Assembly: GCA_963783375.1 (NCBI GenBank)
Contig: CAWANH010000029.1
Location: 224,001-288,000, forward strand
Source of the DNA: Candidatus Eiseniibacteriota bacterium
GTDB lineage: Bacteria; Eisenbacteria; RBG-16-71-46; JABDJR01
DNA length: 64,000 bases
Direction: 5' to 3'
The notes under the pieces: model-generated
Database searches by the model: none
What the model was told of the DNA's origin: nothing
The model's input: only the letters and a program-made list of their open reading frames with translations
Made by a program: the position numbers and the translations under genes
In this document: positions 41,172-51,536 of the stretch, in pieces
Layout of the letters: the number at the start of each line of letters is the position of its first letter
How positions within the stretch are numbered: position 1 is the first letter of the stretch

Positions 41172-41771
41172 ATGCGTGTCCTGGGGATCGAGGGAGCGGA
41201 GATCGTTCTCGCCTCGGGCTCGCCGCGCCGGGCGGCCATGCTGGGGGACCTCGGGGTTCGTTTCCTCCCGCATCCGGTCGCGGTTGGCGAGACGGTCCGG
41301 CCCGGAGAGGACGCGACTTCGGCGGCGGTTCGACTGGCCCAGGCCAAGGCCCGGGCCGCCGCGCTCGACTTCCCCGACCGGGAAGTTCTCGTGGTGGGGG
41401 CGGACACGTTGGTGGTCCTGGACGGCGTCCCCCTCGGGAAGCCCCGGGACGACGAGGACGCGCGGAGGATGCTTCGATCCCTTTCCGGCCGCGCCCACGC
41501 CGTGGTGACCGGGGTGGCGGTGCTTCGCGTACGGGACGGCGCGCTCCTCTCGGGATGCGAGCACACCGAGGTGCGTTTCCGCGATCTGGCCGAGGTGGAC
41601 ATCGAGGCCCTGGTGGCCTCCGGCGAGGCGGCGGACAAGGCCGGCGCCTACGGCATCCAGGGCCTGGCCTCCCTGATGGTCGAGGGGATCGACGGCGACT
41701 ACTTCAATGTGGTGGGGTTGCCCCTGGGACTTCTCCGCCGGCTTCTACGGGACGCGGCCCGGCCCGAGTAG
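41172..41771 (+). CDS. maf: Maf family nucleotide pyrophosphatase
   Basis: LASGSPRR, GADTLV, GKP, KAGAYGIQG and NVVGLP. An alternative start lies at 41079. Confidence 0.93.
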   Translation: MRVLGIEGAEIVLASGSPRRAAMLGDLGVRFLPHPVAVGETVRPGEDATSAAVRLAQAKARAAALDFPDREVLVVGADTLVVLDGVPLGKPRDDEDARRMLRSLSGRAHAVVTGVAVLRVRDGALLSGCEHTEVRFRDLAEVDIEALVASGEAADKAGAYGIQGLASLMVEGIDGDYFNVVGLPLGLLRRLLRDAARPE

Positions 41772-41806
41772 GGCGGAACCCCCGCCCGGTGCGCTACCAT
41801 GACCCC

Positions 41807-42853
41807 ATGAAGACGCCCATCGACACGGTCCGCTGGCACGAGGGCGCGGTGCGCCTGATCGACCAGCGCCGGCTGCCCCGGGAGTTCACCTACCTCGACT
41901 GCCGCGAGGTCCCCGCCCTGGCCGACGCCATCCGCACCCTGGCCGTCCGCGGCGCCCCGGCCATCGGGATCGCCGCGGCCTACGGGATCGTGTTGGGGGC
42001 GCTGCGGGCCCTCGAACGCAACCAGGATCCCCGGGAGGGAGCGGGGCAGGCCGGGGAAAGCCTCCGCGTCACCCGGCCCACCGCGGTGAACCTGTTCTAC
42101 GCGCTCGATCGCATGCGGGGGGTCCTCGAAGCGAGTCCCGCCCTCACCGGCCAGGACGTGGTGGACGCGCTGTTCGAGGAGGCGGAGCGGATCCTCGAGG
42201 AGGATCTGGACACCGGCCGCCGGATCGCCCTCAACGGGCTCGCTCTCTTTCCGGAGAAAAGCCCGGTCAATGTGCTCACCCATTGCAACGCCGGGGGCCT
42301 GGCCACCGGGGGATGGGGGACCGCCCTGGCCCCGATCTACGCCGCCGCGGACAGCGGCCGCGCGCTCCGGGTCCTGGCCGACGAGACCCGCCCGCTTCTC
42401 CAGGGGGCGCGCCTCACCGCCTGGGAACTCTCCCGCGCGGGGATCGATGTGAGGGTCCTGGTGGACGGCGCCGCGGCCTCGGTCCTGGCCCGGGGCCTGG
42501 TGGACCTGGTGATCGTGGGGGCGGATCGCATTGCCCTGAACGGGGACACCGCCAACAAGATCGGGACCTACGGGGTGGCTCTGGGCGCCCGGGAGGCCCA
42601 CGTTCCCTTCTACGTGGCCGCCCCGCTCACCACCTTCGACCCGAACGTCCGGACCGGGGAGCAAATCCCGGTGGAGGAGCGGGCGGCGGGGGAGGTCCTG
42701 GGGGAGGGGGCCGCGACGGGGGTGGGAGCCCTGAACCCCGCCTTCGACGTCACCCCGGCCCACCTCATCGCGGGCTGGATCACCGAAGCGGGGGTCTTGA
42801 AACCGCCCTTCGACCCGGCTATTCTCCCGGGGAACAGAAATAGGATAAAATAA
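41807..42853 (+). CDS. mtnA: S-methyl-5-thioribose-1-phosphate isomerase
   Basis: DQRRLP, VRGAPAIG, RPTAVNL, THCNAG, ETRPLLQGARLTAWE, ANKIGT and NPAFDVTP. Confidence 0.96.
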   Translation: MKTPIDTVRWHEGAVRLIDQRRLPREFTYLDCREVPALADAIRTLAVRGAPAIGIAAAYGIVLGALRALERNQDPREGAGQAGESLRVTRPTAVNLFYALDRMRGVLEASPALTGQDVVDALFEEAERILEEDLDTGRRIALNGLALFPEKSPVNVLTHCNAGGLATGGWGTALAPIYAAADSGRALRVLADETRPLLQGARLTAWELSRAGIDVRVLVDGAAASVLARGLVDLVIVGADRIALNGDTANKIGTYGVALGAREAHVPFYVAAPLTTFDPNVRTGEQIPVEERAAGEVLGEGAATGVGALNPAFDVTPAHLIAGWITEAGVLKPPFDPAILPGNRNRIK

Positions 42854-42950
42854 GTACGCTTTCGGTGGGCCCGGGAGCCCCGGGCGGCGATGCACGCCGC
42901 CGGGATCCGGGCCCGGCCGCCCCCCTGAACCTCTAAAGGAGTATCTGAGA

Positions 42951-43379
42951 ATGCCTTATCCGCCCGAACTGGTCGATCCCATGCGCGAGGAACTCACCCG
43001 GATGGGAATTGCCGAAGCTCGAACCGCGGAGGAAGTCGACCGGGCCTTGGCCGGGCCGGGGACCAAGCTCCTGGTCGTGAACTCGGTTTGCGGCTGCGCG
43101 GCGGGCAATGCCCGTCCCGCGGTGGGCCTCGCCCTCACCCACTCGACCCTTCCCGGCACCCTCTTGACGGTGTTTGCCGGTCAGGACGCCGAGGCGGTGG
43201 CGCGGGCCCGGACCTACATCAAGGGCTACCCGCCGTCCTCGCCCTCGATCGCGCTCTTTCAGGACGATGATCTGGTCCTGATGCTGGAGCGGAAGGACAT
43301 CGAGGGCCGCATGGCTCCGGAGATCGCCCGGGACCTGATCCAGGCCTTCGACCGGCACTGCGCGGCCACCGCCGGTTGA
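42951..43379 (+). CDS. BrxA/BrxB family bacilliredoxin
   Basis: PMREELT, NSVCGCAAG.ARP, TVFAGQD and PPSSPS. SD AAGGAG. Confidence 0.93.
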   Translation: MPYPPELVDPMREELTRMGIAEARTAEEVDRALAGPGTKLLVVNSVCGCAAGNARPAVGLALTHSTLPGTLLTVFAGQDAEAVARARTYIKGYPPSSPSIALFQDDDLVLMLERKDIEGRMAPEIARDLIQAFDRHCAATAG

Positions 43380-43485
43380 GCCCGGCCGGCGGCACGTTCC
43401 CCGCGTCCCGGGGGCCGGCCCGCCGGGGGGGCCGGAAGCGATCCGGAACCCCTTCCCCGACAAAGCGTTCCCATCATCCCGGCGG

Positions 43486-43514
43486 TTGACACCGGGAAAC
43501 GGGATCCCTATACT
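43486..43514 (+). promoter_or_regulatory. Sigma70 promoter of rplM-rpsI
   Basis: TTGACA-17 nt-TATACT. Confidence 0.8.
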
Positions 43515-43558
43515 CCTCGGGCTTTGAGTTCAGCCCCGAAAGGAGTCGGTTGCCGATC

Positions 43559-44017
43559 ATGTCCACGCCCACGATTCCGGTCAAGCCGGAGAACAAGACT
43601 TGGTATCTGGTGGACGCCCGGGATTACACCCTCGGGCGGCTGGCCAGCCGTGTGGCCACGGTGCTTCGCGGCAAGCACAAGCCCATCTACTCGCCCCACC
43701 AGGACCACGGGGATCACGTGGTCGTGGTGAACGCGGCGCGAGTACAGCTCACCGGGAAGAAGCTCGAGAAGAAGACCTATTTCCGCCACACCGGGTACAT
43801 GGGCGGCGGACGGTTGAAGCCCATGAGCAAGATGATGGCCGAGACCCCCGAAGAGGTGATCCGCAAGGCGGTCCGGGGCATGCTCCCCAAGACCCGCCTG
43901 GGGCGCCAGATGATTCGGAAGCTCAAGATCTATGCGGGGGAGCAGCATCCCCACGCCGCGCAGGGCCCCACGCCCCTGCGCATCAGCGATAAGGCTCCCG
44001 TCGGGACCGACGCTTAA
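43559..44017 (+). CDS. rplM: 50S ribosomal protein L13
   Basis: WYLVDA, LGRLAS, LRGKHKP, GMLPK and HPHAAQ. An alternative TTG lies at 43550. Confidence 0.97.
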   Translation: MSTPTIPVKPENKTWYLVDARDYTLGRLASRVATVLRGKHKPIYSPHQDHGDHVVVVNAARVQLTGKKLEKKTYFRHTGYMGGGRLKPMSKMMAETPEEVIRKAVRGMLPKTRLGRQMIRKLKIYAGEQHPHAAQGPTPLRISDKAPVGTDA

Positions 44018-44043
44018 GCGAACGCGAACAGGAGGTAACCGGT

Positions 44044-44436
44044 TTGTCGGAATTCATGGCCCAGGCGACGGGAAGACGCAAGACCTCGGTTGCGCGCGTG
44101 CGTCTCATTCCGGGCAAGGGAAACATCACCGTGAACGGGCGCAGCGCCCCGGAATATTTCCATCGTGAGACCCTGGTCCGGGAACTGAGTTCGCCGCTCG
44201 TCGAAACCCAGACCATGGACCGATATGACGTCGTGGCGCTGTGCCACGGCGGCGGGCTCACCGGCCAGGCCGGCGCGGTCCGGCTCGGGATCGCCCGGGG
44301 GCTCCTGGCGATCGACCCCGAGCTTCGCGCCGTCCTCCGGCGGAGCGGCTTTCTGAGCCGCGACCCGCGCATGAAGGAACGGAAGAAGTACGGTCAGCCC
44401 GGAGCCCGGAAGCGCTTCCAGTTCTCCAAGCGTTAA
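44044..44436 (+). CDS. rpsI: 30S ribosomal protein S9
   Basis: [21 protein letters not shown] and [16 protein letters not shown]. Confidence 0.98.
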   Translation: MSEFMAQATGRRKTSVARVRLIPGKGNITVNGRSAPEYFHRETLVRELSSPLVETQTMDRYDVVALCHGGGLTGQAGAVRLGIARGLLAIDPELRAVLRRSGFLSRDPRMKERKKYGQPGARKRFQFSKR

Positions 44437-44544
44437 TCAGTTATTCGGGGCCGCCACGGCCCCGGCACCGGAGCGACGCCGGTGGAACCCCGGCGTCGTC
44501 TCCGCCGGCGCGCCCATCGGCGCGGGCCGGCGTCCAGGTTCCCA

Positions 44545-44650
44545 ATACACACGCCCAACCATCTCCCGGCGTGGCCCGCGCGGCCGTGAACTGAACGGTC
44601 GCCCGGCGCCTTGAGGGGGACTCTCCATGGCGGGGCGGAGGTTTGAACGC
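44545..44650 (+). ncRNA. rpsB leader (t44/S2 autoregulatory RNA)
   Basis: The conserved ACACACGC..GGGGCGGAGG frame typical of rpsB leaders, directly upstream of rpsB. Confidence 0.65.
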
Positions 44651-44681
44651 AGAAGACCAACGAAGGAGAAGAAAGATCATC

Positions 44682-45443
44682 ATGCCCATGCCCACCATGC
44701 GGGAACTCCTGGAAGCGGGAGTCCACTTCGGGCACCAGACCCGGCGCTGGAACCCGAAGATGAAGAAGTTCATTTTCATAGAGCGGAACGGCATCCACAT
44801 CATGGATCTGCAGAAGACCGTGCTGGCCCTCGAGACCGCCCGCCGTGTGGTCAGCCAGTCGGTGGCCCGGGGAGGGACCGTCCTCTTCGTGGGCACCAAG
44901 AAGCAGGCCCAGGACACCATCGCCGAGGAAGCCCGGCGATGCGGCCAGTACTACATCACCGAGCGCTGGCTGGGCGGGATGCTCACCAATTTCAAGACCA
45001 TCAAGGCCTCGATCGGCCGGCTGAAGGACCTGGAGCGCATGCAGGCCGACGGCACGGTCGCCTCCTTCACCAAGAAGGAGGCCTCCCGGATGGAGAAGGA
45101 GCGCCTGAAGCTGGAGAAGGTGTTCGCCGGCATCAAGGACATGGACCGCCTTCCCAGCATGGTGTTCATCGTTGACACCAACAAGGAGCGGATCGCGGTG
45201 GCCGAGGCCAATCGTCTGGGCGTCCCCATCGTCGGGATGGTCGACACCAATTGCGATCCCGACGTCATTCGGTACCCGATCCCGGGCAACGACGACGCCC
45301 TGCGTTCGGTGAAGTTGATCGCCAAAGTGGTCGCGGACGCGGTGATCGACGCGAACCGGGCGGCGGAGGCGAACGTCGACTACTCCGACGGATACTCCGC
45401 CGGCGGAGACGCCGACGAGGAAATTTCCACCTTCACGGGCTAG
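44682..45443 (+). CDS. rpsB: 30S ribosomal protein S2
   Basis: [35 protein letters not shown] and PGNDDA. Confidence 0.98.
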   Translation: MPMPTMRELLEAGVHFGHQTRRWNPKMKKFIFIERNGIHIMDLQKTVLALETARRVVSQSVARGGTVLFVGTKKQAQDTIAEEARRCGQYYITERWLGGMLTNFKTIKASIGRLKDLERMQADGTVASFTKKEASRMEKERLKLEKVFAGIKDMDRLPSMVFIVDTNKERIAVAEANRLGVPIVGMVDTNCDPDVIRYPIPGNDDALRSVKLIAKVVADAVIDANRAAEANVDYSDGYSAGGDADEEISTFTG

Positions 45444-45557
45444 GCGGCGCCCGCCCCCGGTCCCCGGGCGGCGGAGCCTCGGATTTCCGGCGCCGGCAGC
45501 GGAGCGGACCTCCGCCGCCCCGCCGTGCGTATTTCGAGCAACCAAGGAGAGAGAAGC

Positions 45558-46160
45558 ATGGCTGCTATCAGCGCGAGCATGGTGAGCGAACTCCGTTCCC
45601 GGACCGGGGCGGGGATCATGGACTGCAAGAACGCCCTGTCCGAGGCCGACGGGAACATGGACAAGGCCATCGAGCAGCTCCGCAAGGCGGGTATGGCCAA
45701 GGCGGCCAAGAAGGCCGGCCGGGCCACCGCCGAGGGGCTGGTCCATTCCTACATCCATCCCGGGGGCCGCGTGGGGGTGCTCATCGAGGTGAACTGCGAA
45801 ACCGACTTCGTGGCCCGGACCGAGAAGTTCCAGGCCCTGGTCCACGACCTGGCCATGCACGTGGCCGCGGCCTCGCCGCTGGCGGTGAGCCGGGACGACG
45901 TGGACCCGGAGCTGGTGGACCGTGAGCGGCGCCTGTTCGAGGCGCAGGCCAAGGAGAGCGGGAAGCCGGCCAACGTGGTGGAAAAGATGGTCGAGGGCCG
46001 GATCAACAAGTTCTTCGAGGAGACCGCTTTCCTGGAGCAGGGATTCGTGAAGGACCCCGACAAGAAGGTCGAGGTGGTGATCAAGGAGAACATCGCCACC
46101 ATCGGGGAGAACATCGTGGTCCGTCGATTCGCCCGTTTCGAGCTCGGACAGGAAGACTAG
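45558..46160 (+). CDS. tsf: Elongation factor Ts (short form, about 200 aa)
   Basis: [24 protein letters not shown] and [13 protein letters not shown]. Confidence 0.97.
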   Translation: MAAISASMVSELRSRTGAGIMDCKNALSEADGNMDKAIEQLRKAGMAKAAKKAGRATAEGLVHSYIHPGGRVGVLIEVNCETDFVARTEKFQALVHDLAMHVAAASPLAVSRDDVDPELVDRERRLFEAQAKESGKPANVVEKMVEGRINKFFEETAFLEQGFVKDPDKKVEVVIKENIATIGENIVVRRFARFELGQED

Positions 46161-46912
46161 TGGGCGAACCCGCGGCTCCTCCCGGCTCTCCCGCCCCCGG
46201 GGTGCGTTTCCAGCGGATCCTGCTCAAGGTGTCGGGGGAGATCCTGGCCGGCGAACAGGGATTCGGCATCGAGCGCGACCGCCTGGAGGTCCTGGCCGGG
46301 GAGATCGCCTCGGTGCGCGATCTGGGAATCCAGGTCGGGCTGGTGATCGGCGGGGGCAACATCTTCCGCGGGCTGGCCGGGGCGGCCCACGGCATGGACC
46401 GGGTGAGCGGCGATCACATGGGCATGCTGGCCACCGTCATCAACTCCCTGGCCCTCCAGAGCGTTCTCGAGAGGCGGGGCCTCTTTACCCGGGTCATGTC
46501 CGCCATTAATATGGAAGAGGTTGCGGAGCCCTACATCCGCCGGCGCGCCGTCCGTCACCTGGAGAAGGGACGGGTGGTGATCCTGGCCGCGGGAACGGGG
46601 AACCCGTACTTCACCACCGACACCGCGGCGGCGCTCCGGGCGGTGGAGATCGGAGCCGACGTCATCATCAAGGGGACCAAGGTGGACGGCGTGTTCACCA
46701 GCGACCCGATGAAGGATCCCGAGGCCCGGCTCTACGAGCGCCTGACCTACATGGAGGTGCTGAGCCAGGAGCTTCGGGTGATGGACTCGACCGCGATCTC
46801 CCTCTCCATGGAGAACGGGTTGCCCATCATGGTGTTCAATTTCACCGTGCCCGGAAATCTTCGGCGATTGGTTCTGGGCGAGCAGGTAGGCACTCTGGTG
46901 TCGAAGGGGTAG
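46160..46912 (+). CDS. pyrH: UMP kinase
   Basis: [31 protein letters not shown] and VMDSTA. Confidence 0.97.
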   Translation: MGEPAAPPGSPAPGVRFQRILLKVSGEILAGEQGFGIERDRLEVLAGEIASVRDLGIQVGLVIGGGNIFRGLAGAAHGMDRVSGDHMGMLATVINSLALQSVLERRGLFTRVMSAINMEEVAEPYIRRRAVRHLEKGRVVILAAGTGNPYFTTDTAAALRAVEIGADVIIKGTKVDGVFTSDPMKDPEARLYERLTYMEVLSQELRVMDSTAISLSMENGLPIMVFNFTVPGNLRRLVLGEQVGTLVSKG

Positions 46913-46915
46913 GAC

Positions 46916-47470
46916 ATGGACAAGGAACTGAACGCGGTCGAGGATCGCATGCAAAAGGCGGTGGAGGCGCTCCAGCGGGAGCTGGCCACCATCCGCGCCG
47001 GGAAGGCGACGACCTCCCTCCTGGACAACATCCGCGTCGACTACTACGGGACCCCGACCCCGGTGAAGCAGGTGGCGAGCATCGCCGCTCCCGAACCGCG
47101 GCTGCTGGTGGTCCAGCCCTGGGAGAAGAACCTGCTCCAGCCGATCGCCAAGGCCATCCAGGCCTCGGACCTCGGGCTCAACCCCCAGGACGACGGACAG
47201 GTGCTGAAGATCCCCATCCCCGCCCTGAACGAGGAGCGGCGGAAGGACCTGGTCAAGCACACCCACAAGATGGCCGAGGAAGGGAGGGTCGCGGTGCGGA
47301 ACATACGCCGCGACGCCAACGATCACTTCAAGAAGGCCCAGAAGGACGGCTCGGTCTCCGAGGACGACGCGCGGAGGGCCATGGACCAGATCCAGAAACT
47401 CCACGACAAGTACATCGCCCAGATCGAGGAATCCGTGAAGAAGAAGGAAGAGGAGGTCATGGAGGTCTAG
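46916..47470 (+). CDS. frr: Ribosome recycling factor
   Basis: IRAGKA, VDYYG, LGLNP, EERRKDLVK and VAVRNIRRD. Confidence 0.97.
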   Translation: MDKELNAVEDRMQKAVEALQRELATIRAGKATTSLLDNIRVDYYGTPTPVKQVASIAAPEPRLLVVQPWEKNLLQPIAKAIQASDLGLNPQDDGQVLKIPIPALNEERRKDLVKHTHKMAEEGRVAVRNIRRDANDHFKKAQKDGSVSEDDARRAMDQIQKLHDKYIAQIEESVKKKEEEVMEV

Positions 47471-47538
47471 GCCAACCGGTCTGGACGTGCCCTTGACCCC
47501 CGGGTCCCCCCGCCGGGTGCGTCGGCGGAGCCCCCTCG

Positions 47539-48303
47539 ATGTTGCCCGAAACCGAACGACTCGAAACCGAGGAACAGCTCAAGCAGGAGATCCTCGCCGG
47601 GGGCGGGGTTCCCCGCCACGTGGCGGTGATCATGGACGGCAACGGGCGTTGGGCCCGTCAGCGCCGCCGCCCCCGCGTCTTCGGTCACCTGGCCGGGCGC
47701 CATTCCGTGCGTCAAACCGTCATGGGATGCCGCGCTCTGGGGGTTGACGTCCTCTCCCTCTACACCTTTTCGGTCGAGAACTGGCAGCGCCCGGCCACGG
47801 AAATCTCGGCCCTCATGCGCATCCTCCAGCAGACCCTCCGCGAGCAGCGGGAGGAGATGCGGGAGAACGGCATCCGCCTGCAGGTGATCGGCCGCCCCGA
47901 GGATCTTCCCCGCCCCGCCCAGAACACCCTGAACGAGACCATCGAGTACCTGGCCGACGGGAAGGACATGCTCTTGATCCTCGCGCTCTCCTACGGGGGG
48001 CGGACGGAGATCACCCACGCCGCCCGGGCCATCGCCCGCGAGATCCGCGAAGGCGTCCTCGATCCCGAATCGGTGGACGAGGCCACGGTGGCCCGCCATC
48101 TCTATACCGCCGGGGTGCCCGATCCCGACCTCTTGATCCGCACCAGCGGCGAGGTCCGGATCTCCAACTTCCTGCTCTGGCAGGTGGCCTACTCCGAGAT
48201 CTGGGTCACCCCGGTTCTCTGGCCCGACTTCCGGAAGGAACACCTTTACCGGGCGATTCTGGACTACCAGCACCGGGAGAGACGGTTTGGCCGTGTCCGC
48301 TAG
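47539..48303 (+). CDS. uppS: Undecaprenyl diphosphate synthase
   Basis: HVAVIMDGNGRWA, FSVENWQRP, YGGR and DLLIRTSGE.RISNFLLWQ. Confidence 0.97.
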   Translation: MLPETERLETEEQLKQEILAGGGVPRHVAVIMDGNGRWARQRRRPRVFGHLAGRHSVRQTVMGCRALGVDVLSLYTFSVENWQRPATEISALMRILQQTLREQREEMRENGIRLQVIGRPEDLPRPAQNTLNETIEYLADGKDMLLILALSYGGRTEITHAARAIAREIREGVLDPESVDEATVARHLYTAGVPDPDLLIRTSGEVRISNFLLWQVAYSEIWVTPVLWPDFRKEHLYRAILDYQHRERRFGRVR

Positions 48304-49138
48304 GCGGCGGCCGCGGACCCGGTTCCGCGACCAGGCCCTGGCGACGCGCGTGGTCTCGGGGTTGATCCTGGGCCTGGTGGCCCTGGCCGCGGTGTGGACC
48401 GGCGGGTGGTTCTTCTTCGCCCTTCTCGCGGTGTTCCTCATGACCGGGCTCTGGGAGCTCTACCGGATGGCCGCCCGGGCCGGTCTCCGTGCGCTCCCGC
48501 TCCCCGGACTGGCCGCCGCCGCCGCCCTCCTGGTCCTGGCCTGGCTCCACGACCCCGGCTACGCCGGATTGGCGTTTACCGCCCTCGGTCTCTGGATGCT
48601 GGTGGCCGCGCTCCGGCCTCCGGTCGAAGGGCGGCTGGTGGGGCTGGGGATCACCGTCTTCGGGCTCGCCTACGTGGTGGGGTTGGGCGTCCATCTCCTC
48701 TGGCTTCGGGAGCTCCCGGACGGCCTCCAGCTCCTCATCCTGACCCTCGCCGCCACCTGGTCCGCGGACACCTTCGCGTTCTTCGTGGGCGTCCGATGGG
48801 GACACCGCCGCCTCGCCCCCCACATCAGCCCGGGAAAATCGGTGGAAGGCCTGGTGGGGGGGATCGCCGGCACCGTGGCGGTCACCGTGGTCGGCGCCCG
48901 CCTTCTGGCTCCCTCGCTCACCGTGCCCGAGGCGCTTCTGGTGGGGCTCATCCTGGGCATTGCCGCCCCGGTGGGGGACCTCCTGGAGTCGCTCTTCAAA
49001 CGAAATCTGAACGCCAAGGACGCGTCGCGGTTCATCCCCGGCCACGGCGGGGTCCTCGACCGGATCGACAGCCTCCTGGTGACCGGGGCGGTGGCCTACT
49101 ATCTCTTCCGCTTCCTCCTGGCCCGGGGGCCGGTGTGA
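48287..49138 (+). CDS. cdsA: Phosphatidate cytidylyltransferase
   Basis: Multi-TM protein with ISPGKSVEG, GDLLESLFKR and PGHGGVLDRIDS. Confidence 0.95.
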   Translation: MAVSARRRPRTRFRDQALATRVVSGLILGLVALAAVWTGGWFFFALLAVFLMTGLWELYRMAARAGLRALPLPGLAAAAALLVLAWLHDPGYAGLAFTALGLWMLVAALRPPVEGRLVGLGITVFGLAYVVGLGVHLLWLRELPDGLQLLILTLAATWSADTFAFFVGVRWGHRRLAPHISPGKSVEGLVGGIAGTVAVTVVGARLLAPSLTVPEALLVGLILGIAAPVGDLLESLFKRNLNAKDASRFIPGHGGVLDRIDSLLVTGAVAYYLFRFLLARGPV

Positions 49139-50363
49139 GCCCGCGCGATCGGGGGGGCGCCCTCACCGGTGAGGTCCTGGGCCGGAAGGTGACCGTACCG
49201 GGATTTCCCCGCCGGGTGGCGGTGCTCGGAGCCACCGGATCCATCGGGGAGAAGGCCCTGGCCGTGGCCGCCCGACATCCCGAAGCCTTCACCGTGACCG
49301 CGATCGCCGCCCGCGACTCGGTGTCCGCGCTGGCCGGGGCGGCGACGCGCCACCGGGTTCCCCGGGTGGCGGTGGCCGATCCCGAGGCGGCGGCGGGCCT
49401 GGCCGGCCGGCTCCCCGCCGGAACCCGGCTCTTGACCGGCGCCCGGGCGGTGGCCGATCTGGCCGCCGACCCCGAGGTGGACCTGGTGGTGAACGGCATC
49501 ACCGGGCGGGCCGGGCTCGAGGCCAGCCTCGCCGCGGCGGCCTCGGGGAAATTGCTCGCCCTGGCCAACAAGGAATCCATGGTCCTGGCCGGCGAACTCG
49601 TCATGCGGACCGCGGCGGAGAACGGCGCCCTGGTGATCCCGGTGGACAGCGAGCACTCCGGGCTCTTCCAGTGCCTGGCCGCGGTGTCCATGGCCGAGGT
49701 GCGCCGGCTGATCATCACCGCCTCGGGGGGACCCTTCCGGGGGAAGACCCGGGCCGAGCTGGGCTCGGTCGCCCCCGAGGAGGCGCTCCGACATCCGGTG
49801 TGGCCCATGGGACCGCGGATCACCGTGGACAGCGCCACCCTCTTCAACAAGGGGCTGGAGGTTCTGGAGACCCACTATCTGTTCGGGGTTCCGCTGGAGC
49901 GGATCGACGTATGGGTCCACCCCCAGAGCGTGGTTCACGCGCTGGTGGAGACGGTGGACGGCTCCCTCATGGCCCAGCTCTCGGTCCCGGACATGACCCT
50001 CCCCATCCAGCTCGCCATGAGCTGGCCCGAGCGATGGGAGGCGGACGTTCCCGAGTGCCGGCTCCCCACCTGGAAGGAACTCCGGTTCGAGGACCCCGAC
50101 CACGGGACCTTCCCGGCCATCGATCTGGCCCGCGCCGCCGGCCGGCGGGGGGAACCGCCCCCGCAGTCCTGAACGCGGCCGACGAGGTGGCGGTGGAGGC
50201 GTTCCTGGCCGGACGGCTTCCCTTCCTCCAGATCATCCCGGTGGTGGAGGAGGTGCTGGAGCGGGCGGAGATCCGCGCCGCCGACTCCCTGGAGGCGGTG
50301 GTGGAGGCGGACCGCGCGGCCCGGGAGGCGGCCCGGGCCCGGCTCGATCGCCGCGCCCCCTGA
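49135..50363 (+). CDS. dxr: 1-deoxy-D-xylulose-5-phosphate reductoisomerase; apparent frameshift in the G6 run at 50147-50152
   Basis: [40 protein letters not shown] and HPQS. The tail [15 protein letters not shown] is in another frame ending at 50363. Confidence 0.93.
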
Positions 50364-50365
50364 CC

Positions 50366-51460
50366 GTGCGAATCCTCCACGTGGCCACCGCGGGGAGCTG
50401 GCGGGGGGGAGAGCAGCAGGTGCTCTACCTGCTCCAGGGACTCCTCGACCGGGGCCTCGAGCCGGTCCTGGCCACGCCCCCGGAATCTCCCCTGGCCCGC
50501 CGCGCCGCCGAATCCGGCGTCCGGGTGGCGCCGCTCCGCTCCCGGGGGGATGTGGATCTGGGAGCCGCGCGCCGGCTCCGGGCCCTGCTTGCCGAGGGGT
50601 TCGACCTGCTTCATCTTCACACCGGGCACGCCCATGCCCTGGGACTCCTGGCCGTAGCGGGTCGAAGACCCCGTCCGCGGGTGGTGGTCTCGCGCCGGGT
50701 CGACTTCCCGCCGGGAGGGATCCTCCGGGGGCTCAAGTACGGCGCCCGGGTGGACCGTTTTCTGGCGGTGAGCGAGGCGGTTCGGCGGGTGCTCCTGGCC
50801 GCGGGGGTAGCCCCGGAGCGCGCCCTCACCGTCCACAGCGGGATCGATCCCTCCCGCTTCGAGGGCCCGAGCGACCACGAGGGCCTTTGCCGGGAGCTCG
50901 CTATCCCGGCGAACGCCAAGCTGGTAGGATTCGTGGGGGCGCTGGTGGGGCACAAGTCGCCCGGAGACTTCCTGGAGGCGTTGTCCGCGCTCTCCGCCGG
51001 GGTCCATGGGGTCCTCGCCGGAGCCGGCGAGCTGGAAGAGGAGCTCCGGCGCCGGGCGGGGGAGCCGGACCTGGAGGGCCGGGTCCATTTCCTCGGACAC
51101 CGTGACGACGTGCCCCGGATCCTCCGGTCCGTCGACGTGTTCTGCCTGCCTTCCCGCCTGGAGGGCCTGGGCACCTCGGTCCTCGACGCCATGGCGGCGG
51201 GGGCCCCGGTGGTGGCGTCGGCGGGGGGGGGGATCCCGGAGATGGTGGAAGACGGGGTGAGCGGGCTCCTGGTCCCGCCGGGACGGCCCGAGGCCCTGGC
51301 CGCCGCCCTGGAGCGGGTCCTGGGGAATCCGGATCTGGCCGAGACGCTACGGCGGGGGGGACGGCGTCGGGTGGGGGACTTCACCGCGGCGAGGATGGTG
51401 GAGGCGACTTTGGCGGTATACGAATCAATCATCGGCCCCTCGGAGGCCGGATCGCGGTGA
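50366..51460 (+). CDS. Glycosyltransferase family 4
   Basis: WRGGEQQ, AVSEAV, HSGID and [21 protein letters not shown] (GT-B motif). Confidence 0.92.
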   Translation: MRILHVATAGSWRGGEQQVLYLLQGLLDRGLEPVLATPPESPLARRAAESGVRVAPLRSRGDVDLGAARRLRALLAEGFDLLHLHTGHAHALGLLAVAGRRPRPRVVVSRRVDFPPGGILRGLKYGARVDRFLAVSEAVRRVLLAAGVAPERALTVHSGIDPSRFEGPSDHEGLCRELAIPANAKLVGFVGALVGHKSPGDFLEALSALSAGVHGVLAGAGELEEELRRRAGEPDLEGRVHFLGHRDDVPRILRSVDVFCLPSRLEGLGTSVLDAMAAGAPVVASAGGGIPEMVEDGVSGLLVPPGRPEALAAALERVLGNPDLAETLRRGGRRRVGDFTAARMVEATLAVYESIIGPSEAGSR

Positions 51461-51536
51461 AGGCCGCGGCCGGCGGACGCCGGGCGGCGGGGACGGGTCC
51501 CCGACGCGACCCCAACGGAAGGAGAGTCTCCAGCAC

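Noticed and set aside
45558-46160. Short EF-Ts as a truncation
   Set aside because: The roughly 200-aa EF-Ts form is established in many lineages (e.g. Thermus, cyanobacteria), and the C-terminal motif is intact.
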